Part shown: piece after piece, positions 1 to 7,727 of the stretch | How positions within the stretch are numbered: the stretch's first letter is position 1 | Layout: each line of letters begins with the position of its first letter | Origin: Bacteroidales bacterium | GTDB lineage: Bacteria > Bacteroidota > Bacteroidia > Bacteroidales > UBA932 | Length of the DNA: 64,000 bases | Direction of reading: 5' to 3' | Assembly (NCBI GenBank): GCA_016287875.1 | Contig: JAEEXQ010000005.1 | Location: 5,909-69,908, forward strand | Translations under genes and position numbers: made by a program | Notes under the pieces: generated by a model | The model's database searches: none | Seen by the model: only the letters and a program-made list of their open reading frames with translations | Told to the model about the DNA's origin: nothing

Positions 1-132
1 CCCCTTCTGAGGAGGGTATCCCCCCTGAAACAGTCTCGCTTCGCTCGACCCCTCCCAGCGGAGCTGGGCCCCTCCCTCTTACATTGCCGAGGGTGGCATG
101 TGTTTCAGGGGGGATACCCTCCTCAGAAGGGG
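1..132. repeat. Palindromic MITE/REP-like element with perfect 31-bp terminal inverted repeats, inside carA
   Basis: Bases 1-31 (CCCCTTCTGAGGAGGGTATCCCCCCTGAAAC) are the exact reverse complement of 102-132. Internal hairpins at 54-59/63-68 and 85-88/95-98. The left end coincides with the window edge, so the true extent is unknown. Confidence 0.85.
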
Positions 133-553
133 TTATGCTGGCTGAAAGAGTGCCGTTGTCGCGCAGAAGCTGGGTGAGATGGCGGGTGTCGATGCCGCAG
201 ATTGCAGGAATCTTCTCTTCGCGAAGCCACTGCCCCAGACTCTTCACGGCATCGTAATGACTGAACTTCCCGCTATAATCGGAAATAACCAGACCCCTGA
301 CGTGAATCTTCTCGGACTCGAAACCCAGGCACACCCCCCACTCGTCCTTGGTCATCGCGGGAATACCGTAATTGCCCACGATAGGATAGCTGACGCACAG
401 TATCTGCCCCTCGTACGAAGGGTCCGTCAGGCTCTCGGGATAACCCACCATCGCGGTCGAGAACACAAGCTCGCCGCTGCAGGGCCCGTCGTAGCCGAAA
501 CTCATACCCTCCAGGCAGAGTCCGTTTTCCAATTTAAGTACCGCCTTATTCAT
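1..553 (-). CDS. carA: Carbamoyl-phosphate synthase small subunit, N-terminal part (runs off the window edge; absent from the ORF track)
   Basis: Manual translation from ATG at 553 gives MNKAVLKLENGLCLEGMSFGY...GELVFSTAMVGYPESLTDPSYEGQIL...YPIVGNYG...GIDTRHLTQLLRDNG, the CarA N-terminal signature. No stop before base 1. The start overlaps the argH stop. Confidence 0.93.
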   Translation of the reverse strand, partial: MNKAVLKLENGLCLEGMSFGYDGPCSGELVFSTAMVGYPESLTDPSYEGQILCVSYPIVGNYGIPAMTKDEWGVCLGFESEKIHVRGLVISDYSGKFSHYDAVKSLGQWLREEKIPAICGIDTRHLTQLLRDNGTLSASITPSEEGIPPETHATLGNVRGRGPAPLGGVERSETVSGGIPSSEG

Positions 554-1844
554 TGTCCATCAGTTCAGCTATCTTGTCATTGCAGAGATTGCCCAGGCTG
601 CCTATGTGGCTGTGCCCCAGGTCGGAGGCCTTCAGACCCTTGGTATCATAGTGGAAACGGCCTTCGTTGACTTCCAGGCCTACCTGCTTGTAGGCATCCC
701 TGAAGGGCGTGCCGGCCAAGGTGCGGCGGTTGACTTCCTCTACCGTGAAAATCTGCTCGTAGAGGGGATTGTCGAGTATGTGGGTGTTCACCTCCACCTG
801 CTCCAGCATGTACTTCGCCATACGCAGGCAGTCGTGGCTCATTTCCAGCACGGGGAAGAGTATGTCCTTGAGTATCTGGTAGTCCCTGTGGTAACCGTGG
901 GCCATATTGCTGCAGAGCAGGGAAATCTCGTTCTCGCAGGCCATTATGCGGTTGCAGCGGGCCCTCACCAGCTCCCAAACGTCGGGGTTCTTCTTGTGGG
1001 GCATTATGCTGGAACCGGTGGTCAGATTGTCGGGGAAGTGTATGAAGCCGAAGTTGGGGCTCATATACATACAGCAGTCGGAGGCGAGCTTGTTGAGGGT
1101 GAGCGCTATGTTCCCCAGGGCGGACGCCACGCATTTCTCGCTCTTGCCGCGGCCCATCTGGGCGGCGACGCTGTTGTAGACGGGGGAGTCGAAGCCCAGC
1201 AAGCGTGTGGTCATTTCCCTGTCGAGGGGGAAGGAATTGCCGTAACCGGCCGCCGAACCCAGGGGGTTGCGGTTGATCAGCTTGCGGGCGGCGTTCAGCA
1301 TCGTGAGGTCGTCCACCAGGGCCTCGGCATATGCGCCGAACCACAGTCCGAAGGACGAGGGCATGGCCAGCTGGGCGTGGGTGTAGCCCGGCAACAGTAC
1401 TTCCTTATGCTTTTCGCTGAGTTCCTGGAGGATGGCGAAGAGGGCCTTGACTTCGCTGCGGACGGCATCCAGCTCGTCCCTCAGGAAGAGGCGCAGGTCC
1501 AGCAGTATCTGGTCGTTGCGGGAACGCCCCGAATGGATCTTCTTGCCAATCTCCCCGAGTTCCCTGGTAAGCAGCAGCTCCACCTGGGAGTGTATGTCTT
1601 CCACGTCGTCTTCGAGCTTGAAGGACCCGGATTCTATGCTTGCGAGTATGCCTTCGAGGGCGGAGCTTAGTTTCGCCAGTTCGTCGGAAGAGAGCAGCCC
1701 TATGCTTTCCAGCATCTTGATATGCGCGAGCGAGCCCTGCACGTCGTAGCGTGCCAGACGCAGATCCAGTATCCTGTCGTTCCCGACGGTGAATGCATCT
1801 ACCGCGGATGTAGCGGATGTGCCTTTATTCCAGAGTGTTGCCAT
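546..1844 (-). CDS. argH: Argininosuccinate lyase
   Basis: GKKIHSGRSRNDQ and TTGSSIMPHKKNPDVWE fumarase/lyase-family motifs; arg operon context. Confidence 0.96.
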   Translation of the reverse strand: MATLWNKGTSATSAVDAFTVGNDRILDLRLARYDVQGSLAHIKMLESIGLLSSDELAKLSSALEGILASIESGSFKLEDDVEDIHSQVELLLTRELGEIGKKIHSGRSRNDQILLDLRLFLRDELDAVRSEVKALFAILQELSEKHKEVLLPGYTHAQLAMPSSFGLWFGAYAEALVDDLTMLNAARKLINRNPLGSAAGYGNSFPLDREMTTRLLGFDSPVYNSVAAQMGRGKSEKCVASALGNIALTLNKLASDCCMYMSPNFGFIHFPDNLTTGSSIMPHKKNPDVWELVRARCNRIMACENEISLLCSNMAHGYHRDYQILKDILFPVLEMSHDCLRMAKYMLEQVEVNTHILDNPLYEQIFTVEEVNRRTLAGTPFRDAYKQVGLEVNEGRFHYDTKGLKASDLGHSHIGSLGNLCNDKIAELMDNE

Positions 1845-2913
1845 AGAGAGTGCCGATAAAGTCGATGTATTTTTCCACGGCCCCTTCCAGCTCGCTGCGC
1901 AGCAGGTATTCGTCGGCTCTGTGGGAGCGCTCCGAATCGCCCGGGCCCATCTTCAGGGCATCGCAGCCTATTACCATCCAGTTGGAAGTGGTGGGAGATG
2001 TGAATGTAGGGATACCCAGGGCCTCCGCGGTTTTCATCAGTGGAGAGTCGTCGCGGGTGGCCGAGGATTTGTGTGAGAGGTTGCGGGCGCTGAGCTTGCT
2101 TTTGCACAGGGCCTGCAGTTCGTCGAGTATCTCTTCGCAGCCGTACTGCTCGGTAGGGCGTATGTCCACCACGAAGGAACAGCGGTCGGGGATAACATTG
2201 TGGGCGGATCCGGCCTGGATCTGCGTTACGTTCAGATGGACTTCTCCCATCTTGGGGGAGATGCGTCCGAATTTGTGGGCGCGCAGGGCGGAAATGTCGT
2301 CCAGGGCCTTGTAGAGGGCGTTTTCGCCGCCTCCGCGGGCAGCGTGGGCGCTGACTCCTTCGGCCAGGCCGTCCAGCACCAGGAGGCCTCTTTCGCTCGT
2401 GGCCGCGCACATCTTGGTGGGCTCTCCCACTATCACCCAGCTGGGCATCACGAAGTCGCCGCCTTTTGCAAAGGGACCTGAAGGAGAGTAGAGCCAGTCG
2501 GCTCCGTCGGGGCCTGAGGTCTCTTCTTCCGCTGTCAGCACCAGCATTATGTTTATGGGCATGATCTTGTCGTAGAAGTGCTTGAATGCCGCTATCATAC
2601 TTACCACGGAGCCGCCGTCGTCGTTGGAACCCAGGCCGTAGATGACATCCGGGTCTGTGCCGGAGTCATAGGGATTGCGGGTGTAGCCGTTGTTGGGGGC
2701 CACGGTATCTATGTGCGCATCCAGCGCAAGGGTGGGCTTGCTCTTGTCGAAAGCGAGATTCACGGCCACTATGTTGTTGCGCAGACGGGCGAAACTGATG
2801 CCCAGGCAGTGCAGGGCGTCGCCTATCAGCGTGGCAACCTCGGCCTCGTTCCCGGACTGGGAGGGGATGGCCACCATCTTGCGGAGCAGATCTACATAAA
2901 AGTCACAGTTCAT
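1825..2913 (-). CDS. argE: M20 family deacylase (acetylornithine deacetylase-like)
   Basis: LDAHIDTV, GLGSNDDGGSV, AEEE, IVGEPT, GVSAHAA and SHRADEY M20 motifs; arg operon context. Confidence 0.85.
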   Translation of the reverse strand: MNCDFYVDLLRKMVAIPSQSGNEAEVATLIGDALHCLGISFARLRNNIVAVNLAFDKSKPTLALDAHIDTVAPNNGYTRNPYDSGTDPDVIYGLGSNDDGGSVVSMIAAFKHFYDKIMPINIMLVLTAEEETSGPDGADWLYSPSGPFAKGGDFVMPSWVIVGEPTKMCAATSERGLLVLDGLAEGVSAHAARGGGENALYKALDDISALRAHKFGRISPKMGEVHLNVTQIQAGSAHNVIPDRCSFVVDIRPTEQYGCEEILDELQALCKSKLSARNLSHKSSATRDDSPLMKTAEALGIPTFTSPTTSNWMVIGCDALKMGPGDSERSHRADEYLLRSELEGAVEKYIDFIGTLYGNTLE

Positions 2914-3650
2914 ATCTTCAGAATAGTTTTTCCAATATTTACAGAAGATGCACCCAGTTCCAGGGCCTTGAAGCCATTCTCCAGTTTGGGAATCATGCCT
3001 CCGGAGATGGTCCCGGCGGCCTGCAGGGCCTTGAATTCGGAGTAGCTGAGCTCGTTCACAAGGCTTTCAGGGTCGTTCTGGTCGAGCAATACGCCGGCGT
3101 GCTCGAAGACGCAGTCCAGCCCTGCTCCCATTGCAGCAGCGACGCTGGATGCCACCGTGTCGGCATTGGTGTTGAGTAGCTGCCCGTTGCCGTCGTGCAC
3201 TATGGAGCAGAGCACGGGCACAAGACCTGCCGAAAGAAGGGTTTCCAGCACTTCGGTATTCACGCAGCCGGGAGTGACATCCCCCACGAATCCGTAGTCT
3301 ATACCGTTCAGGGGAGCCCTTTTCCCCGCCTTGATTATGGATGCATCGCAGCCCGCAAGGCCAATGGCGTTGCAGCCGTACTTGCGCAGGGTGGCCACGA
3401 TGTTCTTGTTGCACCATCCGGCATAGGCCATCACCGTAATCCTGAGGGTCTCTGCGTCGGTGACGCGGCGCCCGTCTATCATATTCGGGACCATACCGAA
3501 CTTCTTCTGGATTTCGCTGGCGAGCACGCCGCCTCCGTGGACCAGTATCTTGGGGGAGGGGGATGCGGCGAACTGCTTGCAGAAAGCATCCAGCTTTTCG
3601 GGGGATTCGGCTATGTTGCCGCCTATCTTGCTAACTGTAAGTGCTTTCAT
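2910..3650 (-). CDS. argB: Acetylglutamate kinase (start reassigned to MKALTVSKIGG at 3650)
   Basis: KIGGN, LVHGGG, GRRVTD, NTNADTVA and GGMIPKL motifs; ATGA overlap with the argD stop. Confidence 0.93.
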   Translation of the reverse strand: MKALTVSKIGGNIAESPEKLDAFCKQFAASPSPKILVHGGGVLASEIQKKFGMVPNMIDGRRVTDAETLRITVMAYAGWCNKNIVATLRKYGCNAIGLAGCDASIIKAGKRAPLNGIDYGFVGDVTPGCVNTEVLETLLSAGLVPVLCSIVHDGNGQLLNTNADTVASSVAAAMGAGLDCVFEHAGVLLDQNDPESLVNELSYSEFKALQAAGTISGGMIPKLENGFKALELGASSVNIGKTILKI

Positions 3651-4771
3651 GCCAGCACCTCCTTGAAAGCGCTGATGAAAGTGCCGGCCTCTTTCTTGCT
3701 CAGGCAGAGGGGAGGCAGCAGCCTTATCATATTCTTGCCGGCGACGCCGGTGAAGATGTGCTTGTCGAAGAGCAGGCTCTTGCGTATGGAGGCTATCTCC
3801 ACGTTGAAATCGAGGCCTATCATCAGGCCGCGCCCACGGACTTCCTTGATCCTGGGATCGGAGGGTATGTTCTTCATTATGTACTCTCCCACTTCGGCGG
3901 CGTTCTGCACTAGCTTTTCGCTGCTGATGACTTCCAGCACCGCCAGGGCGGCAGCCATTGCCAGATAATTGCCTCCGAAAGTGGTTCCCAGCATTCCCTT
4001 GACTGCCTTGAAGGCGGGGGAAATGAGTATGCCTCCGCAGGGGAAACCGTTGGCTATGCCCTTGCCCATCGTTATGATGTCGGGCCTGATTCCCGCCCAC
4101 TGGTGGGCGAAGAACTTGCCGGTACGGCCATATCCGCTCTGAACCTCGTCGAGAATCAGCACCGCGCCGTACTTGTGGCAGAGCTCGGAAAGACCCTTGA
4201 AGAAGCTCTCGGAAGGCAGGTGTATGCCTCCGCAGCCCTGTATGCCTTCGATTATGACCGCTGCCACGTCACCCTCTGACAGTTCTTTCTCGACGCCCGC
4301 CAGGTCTCCCAGGTCGCAGAAAGTGACCTTGTGATGCGAGTTGAAGGGAGATACTATCGCGGGGTTGTCAGTGAGGGCCACCGCACCGGAAGTACGGCCG
4401 TGGAAGCTCCTGTGGAAAGCAATCACCCTGTCCTTGCCCGTGTGGAAGGAAGCCAGCTTCACCGCGTTCTCGTTGGATTCGGCTCCGCTGTTGTCAAGGA
4501 AAAGGAAGTAATCTTCATAGCCCGACACTTCCCCCAGTTTGTGGGAAAGCTCCTGCTGGAGGGGATTCACCACGCTGTTGGAATAGAATCCTATCTTGTT
4601 CACCTGGTCGGTCAGCGCCTTGATATAGGTCGGATGAGAATGACCTATGGAGATGACGGCGTGGCCACCGTAGAGGTCAAGGTACCCGGTACCTTTGTCA
4701 TCCCAGATCCTGCAGCCGGATGCCGTGGTGGGGATGACGTCGAAAAGGGAATAAACATCGAATAGTTCCAT
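3647..4771 (-). CDS. argD: Acetylornithine/succinylornithine aminotransferase (class III PLP)
   Basis: YLDLYGGHAV, NSGAESNE, SFHGRT, LILDEVQSGYGRTG, MGKGIANG and TTFGGN motifs. Confidence 0.93.
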   Translation of the reverse strand: MELFDVYSLFDVIPTTASGCRIWDDKGTGYLDLYGGHAVISIGHSHPTYIKALTDQVNKIGFYSNSVVNPLQQELSHKLGEVSGYEDYFLFLDNSGAESNENAVKLASFHTGKDRVIAFHRSFHGRTSGAVALTDNPAIVSPFNSHHKVTFCDLGDLAGVEKELSEGDVAAVIIEGIQGCGGIHLPSESFFKGLSELCHKYGAVLILDEVQSGYGRTGKFFAHQWAGIRPDIITMGKGIANGFPCGGILISPAFKAVKGMLGTTFGGNYLAMAAALAVLEVISSEKLVQNAAEVGEYIMKNIPSDPRIKEVRGRGLMIGLDFNVEIASIRKSLLFDKHIFTGVAGKNMIRLLPPLCLSKKEAGTFISAFKEVLA

Positions 4772-4774
4772 GGG

Positions 4775-5737
4775 TCAGAATGCTGATGCCTTCAGCTTCA
4801 GGCCGGTTTTCTCCGGGATACCGAAAATAAGATTCATGTTCTGCACCGCCTGCCCCGATGCTCCTTTGAGCAGATTGTCGATAACGGAACTCACTACTAA
4901 CTTTTCTCCGTGTTTTTCGAGGGCGATGATGCATTTGTTGGTGTTGACGACCTGCTTGAGGTCGATGGGGGAGTCGCTGACGAAGGTAAAGGCCGCATCT
5001 GCATAGTATTCCTTATACAGGGCGACGGCTTCTTCCGCGTCGAGCTTGCAGTCCAGGGTGATGCTTGCAAAGATTCCTCTTGCGAAATCGCCGCGCATAG
5101 GCACGAAATTCAGCGAAGCCTCGCAGCCGGGCTGCAGCAGGCCTATGTTCCTGTTGATTTCGATGAGGTGCTGGTGAGTGAATACTTTGTATGAGGACAG
5201 ATTGTTGTTCCTCCAGCTGAAATGGGTGGTCGCGCCGGGCTTGACACCCGCGCCGGTGGAACCCGTGATGGCGGTGATGTTGACATCCCCCTCAAGCAGG
5301 CCGGCGGCTGCCATAGGAAGCAGGCCGAGCTGTATCGCGGTGGCGAAACATCCGGGATTGGCGACCTTGGAGGCCCCTTGGATCTTGTCCCGCTGCCATT
5401 CGGGTAGGCCGTACACATAGCCATTGCTCTCATCCCTGTAATCCTGTGCCAGATCCACCACCTTGAGCCCTTCGGGGCAGGGGTGGGCGGCCCAGAATTC
5501 TCCGCTCTTGCCGTGCGCCGAGCAGAGGAAGAGTACGTTGATGCCGGAAAGGTCGACTGTGTCGGTGAAGCACTTGTCGGTGTCTCCGAACAGGCCCTCG
5601 TGCACCTCGTAAAGGTGCTTGCCGGCGCTGCTTTCGGAATGCACGAAGCTCAGTTCCACTTCCGGGTGGTTGACCAGGATGCGGATGAGCTCTCCGGCCG
5701 TGTATCCGGCGCCGCCTATGATGCCTGCCTTAATCAT
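4775..5737 (-). CDS. argC: N-acetyl-gamma-glutamyl-phosphate reductase
   Basis: GIIGGAGYTAGELIRIL, ANPGCFATA, GSTGAG and IDNLLKGASGQAVQNMN motifs. Confidence 0.96.
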   Translation of the reverse strand: MIKAGIIGGAGYTAGELIRILVNHPEVELSFVHSESSAGKHLYEVHEGLFGDTDKCFTDTVDLSGINVLFLCSAHGKSGEFWAAHPCPEGLKVVDLAQDYRDESNGYVYGLPEWQRDKIQGASKVANPGCFATAIQLGLLPMAAAGLLEGDVNITAITGSTGAGVKPGATTHFSWRNNNLSSYKVFTHQHLIEINRNIGLLQPGCEASLNFVPMRGDFARGIFASITLDCKLDAEEAVALYKEYYADAAFTFVSDSPIDLKQVVNTNKCIIALEKHGEKLVVSSVIDNLLKGASGQAVQNMNLIFGIPEKTGLKLKASAF

Positions 5738-6932
5738 TGCCGAATTCCTCCTGATGCGCGCCGTAATATACCCTCAGAGGGGTGGAGAGCAGCTTTATGA
5801 AGCCCTTGGCTTCTTCTGCGGTCCAGCCCTTCTGGCTCTCGCCGTATTCTCCAAGCTTGGATGCCACCAGGTCGTCGGGGGAATCGACGCCTACGGTGGA
5901 GAAGGACCAGGGCCTGAGTTCCAGGCTGACGGTGCCGTTGACGTTGCGCTGGCTGCTTTCGAGCATAGCCTCGATATCCCTCATTACGGGTTCGAGATAC
6001 TGGCTCTCGTGCAGGAACATCCCGTACCAGTTGGCAACCTGGTCTTTCCAGTACTGCTGCCATTTGCTGAGGGTGAACTTCTCCAGGAACTTGTGGGCTC
6101 CGATGATAAGCATTGGAGCCGCAGCCTCGAATCCGACACGGCCTTTGATGCCGATGATGGTATCTCCGACGTGCATGTCGCGGCCTATGCCGTAGGCGGC
6201 GCCTATCTTTTCGACGGCGTTGATGGCCTCTATCTTGTCAGCGTACTTCTTGCCGTTCACGCTGCAGAGTTCTCCCTTTTCGAATCCCAGGGTGAGAATC
6301 TCGCTGCCCTTCTTGGAAATCTGCTTGAGGTATGCGCTCTCGGGCAGGCCCTGCTTGGAATCGAGAATCTCTCCTCCGCAGATGGAGGTGCCCCAGATAC
6401 CCACGTTGTAGGAGTATTTCAACTTGGCGAAATCGGCCGGGAAGCCGTGGGCGTTGAGGTAGTCGATCTCTTCCTTGCGGGAGATGTTGCCGTCGCGGGT
6501 GAGGGTGATTATCTCCATCCCGGGGCACATCACCAGGAAGGTCATATCGAAACGGACCTGGTCGTTGCCTGCGCCGGTGGAACCGTGGGCGATGGCGTCG
6601 GCGCCTATCTCCTTGGCATACTTGGCAATCGCCATACCCTGGAAGATGCGCTCCGACGACACCGATATGGGATAGGTGCCGTTACGCAGCACGTTGCCAT
6701 AGACCATATATTTGAGACTCTTCTCATAGTACTCCTTGGTGACGTCCAGGGTGACGTAAGCCTTCGCGCCTAGCTTGTAGGCGTTCTCTTCGTTCTGCTT
6801 GAGCTGCGCTGCGGAAAAACCGCCCGTGTTGGCGCAGGCCGCATAAACTTCGTATCCCTTTTCCTTGGCGAGATACATTACCGTATAGGAGGTGTCGAGC
6901 CCTCCGCTATATGCTACTACTACCTTTTTCAT
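5730..6932 (-). CDS. argG: Argininosuccinate synthase (start reassigned to MKKVVVAYSGGLDTS at 6932)
   Basis: AYSGGLDTS, AHGSTGAGNDQVRFD and IKGRVGFEA motifs; TAATG overlap with the upstream GNAT. Confidence 0.96.
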   Translation of the reverse strand: MKKVVVAYSGGLDTSYTVMYLAKEKGYEVYAACANTGGFSAAQLKQNEENAYKLGAKAYVTLDVTKEYYEKSLKYMVYGNVLRNGTYPISVSSERIFQGMAIAKYAKEIGADAIAHGSTGAGNDQVRFDMTFLVMCPGMEIITLTRDGNISRKEEIDYLNAHGFPADFAKLKYSYNVGIWGTSICGGEILDSKQGLPESAYLKQISKKGSEILTLGFEKGELCSVNGKKYADKIEAINAVEKIGAAYGIGRDMHVGDTIIGIKGRVGFEAAAPMLIIGAHKFLEKFTLSKWQQYWKDQVANWYGMFLHESQYLEPVMRDIEAMLESSQRNVNGTVSLELRPWSFSTVGVDSPDDLVASKLGEYGESQKGWTAEEAKGFIKLLSTPLRVYYGAHQEEFGND

Positions 6933-7492
6933 TATTCTCCGGGATGATGGATTTCCAAATGCTCCTTGGGGTCGAACAGCAGGCCGGTGCAGAGGCAGAG
7001 CCTGTATTCGTTGCGTGTGAGTATGTCGAAGTTGCGGCAGCCCTGGCAACCTTTCCAGAATTCGGGATCGTCGGTCAGTTCGGCGAAGGGAACCGGACGG
7101 AATCCGAATTCATAGTTCATCTTCATGACCGCTGCGCCCGTGGTGATCGAAAAGATCTTGGCATCGGGGAAAAGGGTGCGGGAGAGGATGAAGGTCTGCT
7201 CTTTGATGCGTTTGGCAAGGCCCAGCCCGCGGAATTTGTGGGCTACGATGAGGCCGGAATTGGCGACGAAGGATTTGCCGCCCCAGCTTTCGATGTAGGA
7301 AAAGCCTGCGAATTCGCCGTTTTCGGCGACGGCTATCACCGCTTTGCCTGCGAGCATTTTCTCCTGGATGTACTCCGGAGAACGTTTGGCGATACCGGTC
7401 TTGCGTTCAAGTGATGAAAGGTAAATCTCGTTGCAGATGTCTTCTGCGAAACCAACGTGGCTTTCATTAGCCACCACTACTTCTATTTCCAT
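6932..7492 (-). CDS. GNAT family N-acetyltransferase heading the arg operon (probable ArgA-role N-acyl-glutamate synthase)
   Basis: GNAT motif A (VAHKFRGLGLAKRIK); resembles the GNAT that precedes argG in Bacteroidales arg operons. The ArgA role is inferred. Confidence 0.75.
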   Translation of the reverse strand: MEIEVVVANESHVGFAEDICNEIYLSSLERKTGIAKRSPEYIQEKMLAGKAVIAVAENGEFAGFSYIESWGGKSFVANSGLIVAHKFRGLGLAKRIKEQTFILSRTLFPDAKIFSITTGAAVMKMNYEFGFRPVPFAELTDDPEFWKGCQGCRNFDILTRNEYRLCLCTGLLFDPKEHLEIHHPGE

Positions 7493-7581
7493 TTATTATT
7501 TATCTGGCGTCGGTTGTCGGGCCGGATACGTAATATCCCTAATGGCAAGACAAACCGAGATTGTCAATTGCAATTATTAGG

Positions 7582-7652
7582 CGGAAATTCCGAGGAAAAA
7601 TATGTAGAATTTCCGAAGATATTTGGGAGGGTTCTACGCCTCCTATCTTCGG
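7582..7652 (-). promoter_or_regulatory. Mutually exclusive hairpins of a putative arg attenuator
   Basis: Perfect 9-bp stem 7652-7644/7621-7613 (inner 7643-7639/7630-7626) overlaps the last Arg codons and the stop. A second perfect 9-bp stem 7615-7607/7590-7582 shares bases 7613-7615. Confidence 0.55.
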
Positions 7653-7687
7653 GCTCGTCTGCTGTTATGAAGTGAGAATGCGGACAT
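7643..7687 (-). CDS. Putative arginine leader peptide MSAFSLHNSRRARR (14 aa)
   Basis: ATG at 7687, 8 nt after a TATATTTG box. Last codons AGA CGA GCC CGA AGA TAG. 150 nt upstream of the first arg gene. Confidence 0.7.
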   Translation of the reverse strand: MSAFSLHNSRRARR

Positions 7688-7695
7688 GTTGGATG

Positions 7696-7727
7696 CAAAT
7701 ATAGGTAGAATAATTCTTATTTGCAAA
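7696..7727 (-). promoter_or_regulatory. Bacteroidetes sigma70-type promoter of the arg leader/operon
   Basis: TTTG (7727-7724), 20-nt spacer, TATATTTG (7703-7696); matches the -33 TTTG / -7 TAnnTTTG consensus. Confidence 0.75.

Noticed and set aside
179-670. Plus-strand 163-aa ORF in the ORF track
   Set aside because: It is the antisense shadow of carA/argH; the real gene is carA on the minus strand.
2910-7049. Extended N-termini given for argB (to 4100) and argG (to 7049)
   Set aside because: The extensions overlap upstream genes in another frame; conserved starts with stop/start overlaps exist at 3650 and 6932.
7546-7565. GACAA/TTGTC hairpin as the attenuator terminator
   Set aside because: 5-bp stem with only TTG after it on the minus strand; too weak to call.
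7565-7576. AATTGCAATT palindrome as a possible ArgR box
   Set aside because: Only a 10-bp AT-rich palindrome, single copy, well downstream of the promoter; no tandem ARG-box arrangement.
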